Source: a virus
Taxonomy: Duplodnaviria; Caudoviricetes
Virus record (IMG/VR): IMGVR_UViG_3300043620_000032
Span: 3,069 to 67,068 of that record
DNA: 64,000 nucleotides
Reading direction: 5' to 3' (one strand)
Below the pieces are notes generated by a model. It did no database searches. It saw only the letters and a program-made list of their open reading frames with translations, and was not told where the DNA came from. Each line of letters starts with the position of its first letter. The stretch's first letter is position 1. A program made the position numbers and the translations under genes. This document shows, one piece after another, positions 17,701 through 26,959 of the stretch.

Positions 17701-19520
17701 TTAGTCATTTTCTTGGCGCGCTCGAACGACGTCAGTTTTGGTCCCTGGCGTTCAGGCGGTGCCGGCTTCGGCGGTTCGGGGGGTAGGCGGCCGCCACCAC
17801 GTTCATCGCGCAACAGCTGACGAAATGGATATTGCCCACCACCGCGCTCGTCTTGCATGAACTGTCGCACTGGGCCCGGTGCAGTCGCTCGCTGGGTCGC
17901 CTGCCTAGCGGCTTCCTCCCGCGCGCGCAGCTGCGCCCCGACATTTGGCGGCTCTGCTCGTGCCGGCTCCGGCATGCGCCGGATCCCTCGACGCTCAAGC
18001 TCGTTGGCCAGGCTGTCGCGCATAAACGGCGAAAGCTCACCGCGCCTGGCGAGCTGGATCAATTCTCCCGTCGGCCGCGCATCCAGCGGCCTTACTATAT
18101 TACCTCCTCCTTTTTGAGCGCCCGCAGGGGATTCAGGAATCGGTCCCCGTAATGTCTCCCCTGGCCTGGCTGCAGCTGCTTGTTCGGCCGGTCTGATTGC
18201 AGCTGCCAGTGTCGGGTCCACCTCCCCGACATTCATCCCGCCGCCAGCCCCACGCGGCGGGGTCTTCTTGCCATAGTCCTCCGGCCCGCGCGCCTGCGTG
18301 AGCCAACCCTGTTCACCAGGACGCGGCGTCGGTGGTGGCGGCTGCATCTCGGCGGTGCCGGCCGCAGCCTGAGCGCCAGGAGTGCCATGCCGTTCGGTCT
18401 TGCCTGCGGCTGTAGGCACTTCCTCATGCGGAAACGGCAGCTGCCCTTGCTCACCTGCTGGCGGCAGCAATTCACCCTGCCCAGTGGGTCGCAGCGGGGC
18501 TGGCTCCCGCCCTGTAGGCGGCAACAAGGGTGCTTCAGTCTGCTCTGCAATCCTGCCGCCGGGACCGGGAAGCTCTGGAGCTGGTGGAGTGACAAGCTCA
18601 CCACCAGGAGCAACCCGTCCTGCTGGCGTGGGCGCTGCCTCACCAGGCAATGGCAGTTGACCCTGTTCGCCGGCCGGCGTGCGCAGGGGAAGCTCAGGTT
18701 GCGGAGGACGGAATTGATCCCGCGGCGGCTCGAGCGGAAGCTGACCCTGCTGCGGCGTGCGGGTGGCCCCGCCTTCCGTTGGCAGTGCGGCTGTCCCTTC
18801 TGCCGGCAATGCTGGGGTCACATCTCTCGGCAGTGGAGCGCGAGCCTGTTCTGCTGGATATTTGGGGCCACGGCCCATCATTTCGATCTGTGCAGCTTGC
18901 AAAGCGTGATTGGTCTCACGCTGGATGCGATCGGCAGTCGTGCGATCCACCCCATAGGGCAGCAGCGCATCGGGGTTTTTCTCTAAAATACCGGCAATCA
19001 ATCCTGCAGCTGCGCCAGCAGCACCGAACGGTGCGCGCATGGCAAGGTCAGCTGGAGCTGCAAACGGCTGCAGCCATTTTGCCCATGGATATTTCTCGAG
19101 ATTTTCAGGCGAGATACCGAGAGGCTCTATCGATCGCTCGTGGGTCTCCGGATCTTCCCTTTCACCGAAGCCACCTCGGAAGCCTGACGTGATGCGCTCA
19201 GTCAGGCCGCGCGGTTCTTGCCCTCTATCTGGCTTGAACCCACCCGCTGGAGCAGCCTCCCAATCATCCTCGGCTGGCTTGGCAGCAGCTCCCGCTGGCT
19301 TGAAGCCACCCGATGGAGCTGGCTCCCAATCATCCTCACCCTCGTCTGCCTGCCGTGCTGCTGGTGGCGGCATCGCAGGGCCAGCCACCTGATACGGCGC
19401 TGCTTCCTCGGGATCAGCCTCAGCCGTGGAGACTGGTTCCCAATCGTCATCGCCACCGGACGGCTGTGCTTCCGTTTCCGGCTCAGAGTCATCAACATAT
19501 TCGTCGTCTTCGTAGGCCAT
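14796..19520 (-). CDS. Large internal virion (ejection) protein with C-terminal LPD38-like domain
   Basis: 1574 aa; disordered N-half; YQELPQWQKMLFWIIP...RLPKPF...FGSIPER. Confidence 0.8.
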   Translation of the reverse strand: MAYEDDEYVDDSEPETEAQPSGGDDDWEPVSTAEADPEEAAPYQVAGPAMPPPAARQADEGEDDWEPAPSGGFKPAGAAAKPAEDDWEAAPAGGFKPDRGQEPRGLTERITSGFRGGFGEREDPETHERSIEPLGISPENLEKYPWAKWLQPFAAPADLAMRAPFGAAGAAAGLIAGILEKNPDALLPYGVDRTTADRIQRETNHALQAAQIEMMGRGPKYPAEQARAPLPRDVTPALPAEGTAALPTEGGATRTPQQGQLPLEPPRDQFRPPQPELPLRTPAGEQGQLPLPGEAAPTPAGRVAPGGELVTPPAPELPGPGGRIAEQTEAPLLPPTGREPAPLRPTGQGELLPPAGEQGQLPFPHEEVPTAAGKTERHGTPGAQAAAGTAEMQPPPPTPRPGEQGWLTQARGPEDYGKKTPPRGAGGGMNVGEVDPTLAAAIRPAEQAAAARPGETLRGPIPESPAGAQKGGGNIVRPLDARPTGELIQLARRGELSPFMRDSLANELERRGIRRMPEPARAEPPNVGAQLRAREEAARQATQRATAPGPVRQFMQDERGGGQYPFRQLLRDERGGGRLPPEPPKPAPPERQGPKLTSFERAKKMTNEQLQAEIARTDIPRVQKAVFSDALRARGEKPNPATAAKTPTELRQTTPTTPTTPTKPSLLSRVTGKGEAISPARQAIRDRIAADPSWTDNLPRSFDQAKDLVHRGYEGVFNALHPYARRAAAVERELGRPLEREEDFHRLARSIKGLGGKLESIYREGPFDPETRKVIGPALDPILKKIMVDKKAFEEYAVAKRVIEKEGQGIKTGVPLKEANQTVAELGSKWGQTFKELNEFQSAMLRMAKHLVGEEGITKIEAANKDYIPLYRTLDPKSEMGDMFRTGGGLTVKDPIEKMKGSERQFKEPLNSVLKNTAMLADLAEKNEVHRSMKRANDALVKAGGEGFMRKSRSDSPLQMSTEQRQRMLDAGIPEDTIERMRFLDAKTYAPESGKLRYFENGKEQIYDIPKDMARVVAGYDKPALGMLWKVLGTPARLLRGGATLTPEFGIKNIFRDQATAFIQAEGIKGYIPFYDAATSLERFFKPDVAKEFNKWMREGGANANLVSFDRKLLSMEPRSFYGKLENVVVHPHQIPRMMLDVLRGFSEQMENATRFGAHMRDVKGGKTSSAAAFNARELTIDFGRMGGFPTMRVANALIPFFNANVQGLDRFARAFKNDPTGTFVKTMAAITVPSVALWMLNKDDPRYQELPQWQKMLFWIIPTNDWRNVTPAMEKKLRADNTDAWFRKDPQTGAMQYNHGTLWRLPKPFAEGQIFGSIPERIMESWLQHKPNAFKHVADSVVDALSPSFIPQAYRPIKEQQANWSDFLQRPLMSPETTAKKPQAQQFTGGTSETAKLLAGAIRSVAGEKPVGQLGSPIIIDNYIRQLSGGLGSHVVSGIDKAINALSGKELPPAAERTWADIPGIKAFVARFPQSGAQSIQDFYDLRKDGQTAKAGGDKNAWTGDETAKRLKGYRDAIEKFNTDKDMSSADKRTSIDVTTLMMIDAAKRGIELQGKAEQRQRDIQERKRQRVQ

Positions 19521-19523
19521 GGC

Positions 19524-22500
19524 TTACTGCGACATTGGAACTGTCGGCCTTCGCTCCATCGGCCGCAGGCTCCACTGACCGGTCGATTTGGAGCGCCCCC
19601 ATTGCTGTCCGGCCGGAGCTGAATAGGGTTCGGCATCGCCACGATATTTTTCCAGGTCGACCTTGGGTGCAGCCGGTGTGATCTGACCACCCGGTGCAGC
19701 TGGTGCTGTTGGTCTTGGCTGTGGAGAGTTTGGATTCTGTTGCAATTTCAATTGCAGTCGGTCAGCGAGATCATTCTCGACTGCACTGTTATGCATTTTA
19801 TCGATCAGCTGCTTGTCCCGATCTGAGTATGGATATTGGTAAGTAGGATCGTCTTTATTCGCGCGTGCAGCATTGTTCACGCGATCTCTAAGCTCCGACA
19901 TTGCAGCACGCTCACGCTCTACGACTATCCCTTTGAGATTAGAAATGGCGTTGCGGTCTTCCATCGATTTGATTTGCGCATCAGCCCGCCGGTTTGTTGC
20001 ATCAAGCTTCTCCCGCTCGAGCCCCTGCCGTTCGGTATGCCGTTGCTGGGTGCCCTCGCGCGCTCGCAACGTATCCTCATACTTAGCGCGCTTGTCCTGA
20101 TCTGCAGTGTGGGGGTAGGCCTGGCGCGCACGCTCCTTCAACTCCCACTCCTTCAGATCTTGCTGATACTGCTGCCGCTTCTGTTCGGGCGTGCCGGTGT
20201 ATTGACCGGGCTGACGTTGACCTGTCGTCGTCGGCGGCTGTTGCTGCGCCTGACGCTCTTGCTGATTGGCTGGATGGTATGGATTATCGATGACTTTCGC
20301 CCTTGGAAAAGCATCCTGCAGCCGTTGCGTCCGTTCTGCTGACGACACCGGTGGCGGCTGCTGCCCCTGACCCGGCTGCTGTGATTGGCGACCAGGCTTG
20401 TCCGGATCCCCTTGCTGTTGCTGCACGGGTTGAGACGGTCCAGCAGGACGAAAAGTGTTGGTAGCGGGATCGAACGTCCCCGGCTGCCGATCAGCCTGTT
20501 GTTTTCCACCTTGATAGCCAGTAGTCGGCTCCCATTGTCCACTGCGCGCATTGAAACGCGCCTGACCAACCGGCTCCCATTTCCCGGTGTCCCAGTTGTA
20601 GCGAGCCGAATACGGCGGCGCGGTCGGCAAGGTGCCGCCAGACGGTGGATACTTGCCGCCAGCCGGTGCTTCGGAACGCGGTGGAAACGTTCTGGTCTCG
20701 CCTTCACGCGGCTGTGGACCAGGAGCCATCGGCGCAACCCGTCCAGCTGTGGTCGGCTGATAGCCGGTGGCTGGCGGGGCGGCTTGCCGCTGTGGCTGTT
20801 GCTGCGTCGGCTGTTGCTCGAGCTGTCGCACCCGATCGCCACCTCCTGGTGGTGCTGCAGGCGCTGGCGCTGGTGTTGCGGTCGGAGCCTGACCCGGTAG
20901 GCCGGCAGCGGTGCGCTGAGCCTGTGCCAACGGGCTCTCGGGTGTCGCCGGCGGTCCGGCTTCCGCCGGCCGCGGCTGTGGCAGCGGAGTTTCAGCGGGA
21001 GCTTGAACCCGTGTCGGACCTTCCGGCGGCGGCATCATCGGGCCGGCCACCTGGTAGGGCGGTGCATTCTCCGGATTGGGTGGGGTCTGCGGGCCCTGCG
21101 CCGCCGCCTGTAGGGTAGCGTCTATTCCATTATCGGCGGCAATATCGAACACGCTGCCGGAGCCATTGGCGTATTGATGAAACTGCTGCGGAGTGAGGTG
21201 GTAGGTGCGCGCGGCTTCGCCACTTTCCGGTCGCACCACTGCAGTGATCAACCCGTTCTCGGTTGGATGGAAACTGACCTGGTTGCCATTAGGGATGAGA
21301 TTGTTGAGCCGCTCAGCGATCTGCAGGGCCTCGACATATTTCCCCTGTGCAGTGGCAGCAACCATCGCTGCCCGCAGGTTGTCATAGGATGGCCGCAGTG
21401 CCTGGACAAAGCGCGATGCTCCATCCATGTCACCCCGCCCCACCAGATCCTGAAACGCCTTGCGAATCGAACCGCTCTGATCGAGGTGCGGATTCTCCTG
21501 GGTTGCCCGGTCGAGCGCCTGAGTCATCTGCTCAGGCGTAAAACTGCGCTCACCCTTGAGATATTGCTGCAGCTGCTGCGGAGCCGATGACGGTGCCGTC
21601 GGCGGCCGCGCTTGCGGCGTCGGTATCTGCGTTGGTGTCTGCTCCGTTTGCGGCATGCCGCCCGCCGGCTGCGCCGGCTGGGTCATAGCAGGCGCTGGTG
21701 GTGGCCTTTGTTCGGCGGGGGCTCCTTCTGCTGGAGCCTGCGACGGCGGTGGCGGCAAGGCTACAGCTGGCTGCTGTGGTTGCGCCGCCGGTCGCATTCC
21801 AGGAGCTGGCGCTTCGACCTGAGCAACCTGCTGCTGCGGCTGTTGCTGCGGATGCTGGCCCTTGTCGAGGCCAAACTGCTTGCGGGTCCAATCTAGAACG
21901 TCTCTAAGCTGCTGCTCGGGATCGTCCTGGCGTGCCTGCTGGGGTCGGAAACCGGTTGGCTCCTGCGCAGCATCCTCTTGCGCCTGCAGGGCAGCTGGAT
22001 CGCGATCGGCTTGATCTTTGGGTGGCGCGTTGTAGCCGGTCGGTGCGCCTCTGCCGCCACCGCCTTCTTCATCGCCGCCTTCATCACCCCCTGCCTGCTC
22101 TTGCCCGCCTGCTTGCCTAGGGCTTGCCTGGTCTCCTCCGTCTCCTTCTTCACCCTCTTGCCTACCCCCTACGTTACCGTCTGCTGCAGGCGGTTCTTCT
22201 TCAGCTGGCGGGGGTTCGGGCTCTTCCCCCTCTTCTGGCTCATCCGGAAGATCCGGCTCTTCCTCTTCTTCGACGTCACCGCCTTCCGCATAACCAAGCT
22301 TGCGCACCGGACCACCACGCCGATAGCCCTGCTCCCCCTCATCCGGCGTGGAAGGAGCACCCTCCGGCATGGACGCCAACGGACCGGCATCTTCGACGGC
22401 ATGATCGGGATCGCTGCTGCGTGAATTCAATGCTGCCGCCATCATGACAGGTCCGCTGACGCCGTAGCCAACTTCACCGCCAGCTTGATAGCTGTTGCCG

Positions 22501-22538
22501 CCTTTACCCCGCAAACGTCGTTGCCTACGTTTGTTCAT
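19524..22538 (-). CDS. Internal virion/ejection protein, Pro/Gln-rich
   Basis: 1004 aa low complexity; YxxGG motifs; position next to LPD38 gene. Confidence 0.7.
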   Translation of the reverse strand: MNKRRQRRLRGKGGNSYQAGGEVGYGVSGPVMMAAALNSRSSDPDHAVEDAGPLASMPEGAPSTPDEGEQGYRRGGPVRKLGYAEGGDVEEEEEPDLPDEPEEGEEPEPPPAEEEPPAADGNVGGRQEGEEGDGGDQASPRQAGGQEQAGGDEGGDEEGGGGRGAPTGYNAPPKDQADRDPAALQAQEDAAQEPTGFRPQQARQDDPEQQLRDVLDWTRKQFGLDKGQHPQQQPQQQVAQVEAPAPGMRPAAQPQQPAVALPPPPSQAPAEGAPAEQRPPPAPAMTQPAQPAGGMPQTEQTPTQIPTPQARPPTAPSSAPQQLQQYLKGERSFTPEQMTQALDRATQENPHLDQSGSIRKAFQDLVGRGDMDGASRFVQALRPSYDNLRAAMVAATAQGKYVEALQIAERLNNLIPNGNQVSFHPTENGLITAVVRPESGEAARTYHLTPQQFHQYANGSGSVFDIAADNGIDATLQAAAQGPQTPPNPENAPPYQVAGPMMPPPEGPTRVQAPAETPLPQPRPAEAGPPATPESPLAQAQRTAAGLPGQAPTATPAPAPAAPPGGGDRVRQLEQQPTQQQPQRQAAPPATGYQPTTAGRVAPMAPGPQPREGETRTFPPRSEAPAGGKYPPSGGTLPTAPPYSARYNWDTGKWEPVGQARFNARSGQWEPTTGYQGGKQQADRQPGTFDPATNTFRPAGPSQPVQQQQGDPDKPGRQSQQPGQGQQPPPVSSAERTQRLQDAFPRAKVIDNPYHPANQQERQAQQQPPTTTGQRQPGQYTGTPEQKRQQYQQDLKEWELKERARQAYPHTADQDKRAKYEDTLRAREGTQQRHTERQGLEREKLDATNRRADAQIKSMEDRNAISNLKGIVVERERAAMSELRDRVNNAARANKDDPTYQYPYSDRDKQLIDKMHNSAVENDLADRLQLKLQQNPNSPQPRPTAPAAPGGQITPAAPKVDLEKYRGDAEPYSAPAGQQWGRSKSTGQWSLRPMERRPTVPMSQ

Positions 22539-25336
22539 CGCTGTGGTCCACCATACCCAGTCGGCGGCTGCCCGCCGCCCTGACCCTGCTTACGTGCCTG
22601 CTGGATCAACTTGTAAAAAAATTCCCTGCCTTTCCATTTCGCCACGTCTTTTGGAATCACGAACTCGCCGGCGTTGAGCTGAGCATTGACGTCATCGGTT
22701 TGCGAACCGTTTGATGGCGACAGCTCGCGCGAGACAAAGCCACCCTGCGTTGCCTGCCGAGGATCCGGTCCGCGCGAACGTTGCGCCGGTCCACCATTCG
22801 CCATGCGTTGCGGCGGCATGCCGGCCATTGGAATGGCACCAGCCTGCGACTGCGGCATGCCGCTGGCCTGGATGTAGCCACCACGCGGCATGATCGGCGA
22901 TCCGCCAGATGCCATCTGGGTGATGTTCGGTGCCGGCTGTGGCCGCCGTGGCGGCATCCCTGCCGGCCCACCCATTGCCATGCGCTGGACTGGTGGTTGT
23001 CCCGGTGGTCGCGGCCGCGGCAATGGTCGATCCATCGGCCCACCCGAACGCGGACCGAACGGCAGTCTCGGGCCCGGTAGTCTCGGTCCTGGTGGTCTCG
23101 GTCCTGGATTGTAACCGGTTGGCGGGCGCATCGGTGGTCGTGGTCGACCTCTTGGCGGCGGACGTCGCATTGGCCCACGAGCTTGCATCGGCATTGGCAT
23201 TGGTCGCCTCCGTCTCACCTGGCCGCCGCGGGCATAGTCACCGCCGTCGCTGTAATCGGTGTAATCGCCACCACCAGACTGATCGCCACCAGTGTTATCG
23301 CCAGTCTGATCGTAATCGCTGCTGTAGGCGTCACCGTAGTCGTAATTATCCCCGCCGGATTGATCACCCCAATCCGTCTGATCCTGTGCGCCCCAATCAG
23401 TCTGATCCTGTGCGCCCCAGTCCGTCTGATCGCCCCAGTCCGTCTGATCGCCCCAGTCCGTCTGATTGCCGTAGTCCTGTGCGCCCCAATCAGTCTGGTC
23501 GCCATAGTCCGTCTGGTCGCCGTAGTCCTGTGCGCCCCAATCAGTCTGGTCGCCATAGTCCGTCTGGTCGCCGTACTGATCGCCGCCATAATCCTCCCAG
23601 CCCTGATCACCGCTGAAATCGTAGCCTTGATCGCCGCCGTAATCACTCCAGCCCTGATCGCCGCTGAAATCGTAGCCTTGATCACCGCCGTACTGATCGC
23701 CACCGCTGGGGTCGTACTGATCCCAGCCTTGATCGCCAGTGAAATCGTAGCCACCGCCGTACTGATCGCCACCGCTGGGGTCGTACTGATCGTATTGATT
23801 AGGATCGTACTGATCAGCATAGTCGCCAGTGGTCTGCTGGTCGTACTGATTCGGGTCGTACTGACCACCGTAATCGCCGGTGGTCGGCTGATCGAATTGC
23901 GTGGGATCGTACTGGCCACCGTAATCGCCAGTCGTAGGATCGTATTGGTCGTATTGCGTGGGATCGAACTGGCCGCCTGCATCACCCGGCAGCTGGTAGG
24001 AGGGATCCTGCTCAGCCGTACGATCGTCCCCGCCACCGCCGGTTGGCACCTGCCAATCCTCACCGCCAGCAACTTGCCATGGCCCTGCTGTTTCCGGATC
24101 GAAACCGGTCAGCGGATTGCCTTCGCCCAGCGGATTTACATCGCCAGCCATAGGCGTGCTCTCCGACCCCGGAGGAGAATCCGGTGGCGGATTGATCAGA
24201 TTTGGAAACTCGGTATCCGGCGATGATGTTGGTGGAGTCGAATACGGCGCGCCGGTGTAATCCGGCGGCATCTCGGTCGTATCCGGCGGCGTTACTGTCG
24301 TCGTCTCTGGTGTGTCTGCTGGTTGATCTGCCTCCGGCGGCCGTGCTTGCGGCAGTGGAATGTCGCCTGGCTTGTCGGGATCCCCTTCTACCGGCTCTGG
24401 CTTCGCGGGATCTTCTTCCGGCGGCGGCTTGTCGGGATCCGGCTCCGGCCCCGGCTTTTCCGGATCTTTAGTTGTCTCGTCTTCCTTCGGCTCACCCGGC
24501 TTTGGTGCCGCCGGATCTGTCGGTCCTTTGCCCTTGCCACCACCAGCGCCGGCACCGCCACCACCTTTGCCAGCACCACCCTGCGGTTTGGCAGTGCCTT
24601 TATTGATGGAATCATCCGACTTACCATCCGGCTGACCGCCACCACCACCTTGCTCTTTTGGTTTTCCACCACCGCCACCGCCACCGCCGGCTTCGACCGA
24701 CTGGCTCGCACTCTTCTGAGTGCTCTGGCTATCCTGGGTGTGCTGTGAAACTGAATCCGACACGTTGCCCAGCGGCGGATATTTGAGCTGCATGCCGGTG
24801 CCCAGCAGGGCATTCATCGCCTTGGCAGCCTCGTAACCAACCTGCGTGTTCTGCAGCGAAGACGAGATCGCCTGGTTGCGCATGGCGTTGCCGGCGGCCT
24901 CATCAGCCATCCGCTGCTGATTGCCAGCGCCGGCAGCCGATGCTGACGCCATCACGCGATTGGCTGAATCCAATGCTGCGTAGCGACCGGAGGATGGGTC
25001 GATGCCGTAGCTCTCGAGATCGCGAACGGCGGACAGCCGGCCCTTCTCGGCCGCCTGCTGCACGCCGGACTCGGCCATCCCCATGTCGACGCTGATGCGT
25101 TGCGGGCTGGCATAAGACAGCGCGTCCCGCATCAAGTTATCGATGTTGCCCTGGTTCTTGTTGAACTGGTCCATCCCCCACTGGTAGACCTGGGGAGCCT
25201 GATCAAATGCGTACTGGGCAATGGCCTGCAGCAGCGGCGCTTGCGGGTAATCAGGGATGTAGGTCTGCGAATGAGATTCGCTGGTGCCCTGACCGGTACT
25301 GGTGCTTTGGCCTTGAGAAGAACTGACCGATGGCAT
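22535..25336 (-). CDS. Internal virion/ejection protein with acidic DQxDW/YG repeats
   Basis: 933 aa; Ser/Thr/Gln N-terminus; C-terminal QGGFV...DDVNAQLNAGEFVIP. Confidence 0.75.
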   Translation of the reverse strand: MPSVSSSQGQSTSTGQGTSESHSQTYIPDYPQAPLLQAIAQYAFDQAPQVYQWGMDQFNKNQGNIDNLMRDALSYASPQRISVDMGMAESGVQQAAEKGRLSAVRDLESYGIDPSSGRYAALDSANRVMASASAAGAGNQQRMADEAAGNAMRNQAISSSLQNTQVGYEAAKAMNALLGTGMQLKYPPLGNVSDSVSQHTQDSQSTQKSASQSVEAGGGGGGGGKPKEQGGGGGQPDGKSDDSINKGTAKPQGGAGKGGGGAGAGGGKGKGPTDPAAPKPGEPKEDETTKDPEKPGPEPDPDKPPPEEDPAKPEPVEGDPDKPGDIPLPQARPPEADQPADTPETTTVTPPDTTEMPPDYTGAPYSTPPTSSPDTEFPNLINPPPDSPPGSESTPMAGDVNPLGEGNPLTGFDPETAGPWQVAGGEDWQVPTGGGGDDRTAEQDPSYQLPGDAGGQFDPTQYDQYDPTTGDYGGQYDPTQFDQPTTGDYGGQYDPNQYDQQTTGDYADQYDPNQYDQYDPSGGDQYGGGYDFTGDQGWDQYDPSGGDQYGGDQGYDFSGDQGWSDYGGDQGYDFSGDQGWEDYGGDQYGDQTDYGDQTDWGAQDYGDQTDYGDQTDWGAQDYGNQTDWGDQTDWGDQTDWGAQDQTDWGAQDQTDWGDQSGGDNYDYGDAYSSDYDQTGDNTGGDQSGGGDYTDYSDGGDYARGGQVRRRRPMPMPMQARGPMRRPPPRGRPRPPMRPPTGYNPGPRPPGPRLPGPRLPFGPRSGGPMDRPLPRPRPPGQPPVQRMAMGGPAGMPPRRPQPAPNITQMASGGSPIMPRGGYIQASGMPQSQAGAIPMAGMPPQRMANGGPAQRSRGPDPRQATQGGFVSRELSPSNGSQTDDVNAQLNAGEFVIPKDVAKWKGREFFYKLIQQARKQGQGGGQPPTGYGGPQR
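23235..23980 (-). repeat. Coding tandem repeats (DQTDWG(A)Q, DQYDPxTGDYGGQ, YDFSGDQGWxDYGGDQG)
   Basis: Multiple near-identical DNA units, e.g. GCCCCAGTCCGTCTGATC. Confidence 0.9.
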
Positions 25337-25378
25337 GCGCTAGGCCCTGGAAAAAGCTGGACTTTTCCAGCCTCTCCC

Positions 25379-25410
25379 GCCCTAGCAGAAAAATGCTAAG
25401 AAATGCTTAA
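25379..25410 (-). promoter_or_regulatory. CtrA-type late promoter for the ejection-protein operon
   Basis: TTAA-GCATTTC-TTAG, 11 nt, TAGGGC. Confidence 0.6.
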
Positions 25411-25412
25411 GA

Positions 25413-26513
25413 TCACTTATCCTTCGGGCGCGGGCCGACTGCCAGCGCATTGACCTGATTGTGTGGTCCCAGTTCGATCTTCTTCCAGGTAAAGCCGTCT
25501 TGCGAATAGGCGATGGTGCTCTTTTGCGCTTGCGAACTCGGACCCGTCTTCTGCGCTCCGCTGCTGCCACCGACAACGAACGTGTAGTAGCCATAGCTGA
25601 GACACTCGGTGCGCTGGATGCCGCATGAAACGGTGTCTATTTTTTTACCCTTCTCATCGAGAACATCCACCTTGTCATCACCATGCGCAGGCCGATTGAA
25701 GTCCCAATTCGCCAGCTTGCAGGTGATCTTCTTTCCCGACTGGTCTCCCTTTTTGACTTTCCCAGTTGCCTTAATATCACTGCCGATGAAAACAATATCT
25801 TCCGGCTTGACCTGTGCGAATGGCGTTATCGACGGCGCTTCCGGTACAAGCAGTGACGGACTCATGGGTTCAAACAAACTCTGCTGAAAAGCCCTGACCA
25901 CATGCTCGGGAGCATCGACAAGAATAGCAGCTCGTCCAGAAGAAGGAATCACAGCAGCGGAAGCAACAGCCAACTGAGCCGGAATTTCTGTATGATCAGG
26001 ACTTAATTGCGGAATCCAAGTTCTCCCATTGAAGCTGAACCACTGGTCAGCGTGCCAATTGGGAAAATTATATTGACTCGACGTCATCACCGCCGGTGCG
26101 GTTTGATACTCCGTATGAATAAAAGTTTCGCAAGCATGACGCTGACTGAAAGTCTGCAGATCACTCAACTTCAAACCATCGTTACTGTAGGCTGCCATCG
26201 ACGCACACAAACCCCTGCCATCAGCTCCCACGAACACCCACACCGGGTTGCCTCCCGACGTCATACCCTCACGCATCCAGCCACCACCATAAACGGCACC
26301 GATGCCGTATGGACCTGGCCCGTGGTGAATGCTGATATTCGTTTGATCCCAATGGATGCCGTCCTCGGACGTAAACATCCAAGCTTTATTATCTCCGATG
26401 CCTCCGTTGGTGATTATCGGGTAACCGCTGCCCGCCATCCAGTAAACTTTGGGCTCGGTCTCCCAACTGACATTGATGACGCGCTCGAAAAAATCTTCCT
26501 TGTAGATCGGCAT
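25413..26513 (-). CDS. Virion-associated beta-rich protein
   Basis: 366 aa; S-DG--W (BNR/Asp-box-like) motifs SEDGIHW, SQDGFTW. Confidence 0.7.
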   Translation of the reverse strand: MPIYKEDFFERVINVSWETEPKVYWMAGSGYPIITNGGIGDNKAWMFTSEDGIHWDQTNISIHHGPGPYGIGAVYGGGWMREGMTSGGNPVWVFVGADGRGLCASMAAYSNDGLKLSDLQTFSQRHACETFIHTEYQTAPAVMTSSQYNFPNWHADQWFSFNGRTWIPQLSPDHTEIPAQLAVASAAVIPSSGRAAILVDAPEHVVRAFQQSLFEPMSPSLLVPEAPSITPFAQVKPEDIVFIGSDIKATGKVKKGDQSGKKITCKLANWDFNRPAHGDDKVDVLDEKGKKIDTVSCGIQRTECLSYGYYTFVVGGSSGAQKTGPSSQAQKSTIAYSQDGFTWKKIELGPHNQVNALAVGPRPKDK

Positions 26514-26515
26514 CG

Positions 26516-26959
26516 TTAGCCATCGAGTGCTTTGTAATATCTCCAGAAGAAATCCGGATCCTCCTGCGTCTGGTTCTGAAATTCGACGCCATTGGTGCGC
26601 AGAACATGCGCCCGCTGATCCGGATCCTTGGTCTTGTCTTTTCTCGTATTGAAAACGTAGCCGGCTGCCGTATCAGAATTCACCTGCTGCCAATTCGGGT
26701 ACTGCGAATAATAGGTGTTGCCTTGCGCCCGAAACATCGGCTGCTTCGCGGCATGAACATTGTTGACCGTCAGACTGGTCGTGAGACTGCGCAGCACATC
26801 ACGCATGATGTTGGTGGTACGGATGAGTGTTGGCAGATCGTGCGCAGTCGGAATCGACGGCATCCTCGCCGGCACTCCCGGTAGCTGGCTGCCGTTGTGC
26901 AGCAGCCGCCGATCATAGGGTTGCTGACCAAAACTAACCGGACAAGAGGGCGCTGTCAT
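26516..26959 (-). CDS. Hypothetical virion protein, paralog 3 of APxCPVS family
   Basis: APSCPVS...IPTAHDLP. Confidence 0.75.
   Translation of the reverse strand: MTAPSCPVSFGQQPYDRRLLHNGSQLPGVPARMPSIPTAHDLPTLIRTTNIMRDVLRSLTTSLTVNNVHAAKQPMFRAQGNTYYSQYPNWQQVNSDTAAGYVFNTRKDKTKDPDQRAHVLRTNGVEFQNQTQEDPDFFWRYYKALDG

Noticed and set aside
23235-23980. Regular repeats that might be a CRISPR array or DGR
   Set aside because: Units are contiguous in-frame coding repeats without unique spacers; no cas operon or reverse transcriptase.
23183-24226. 347-aa hydrophobic + strand ORF
   Set aside because: Antisense of the DQxDW/YG repeat array; the apparent hydrophobicity comes from reverse-complemented Asp/Gln/Tyr codons.
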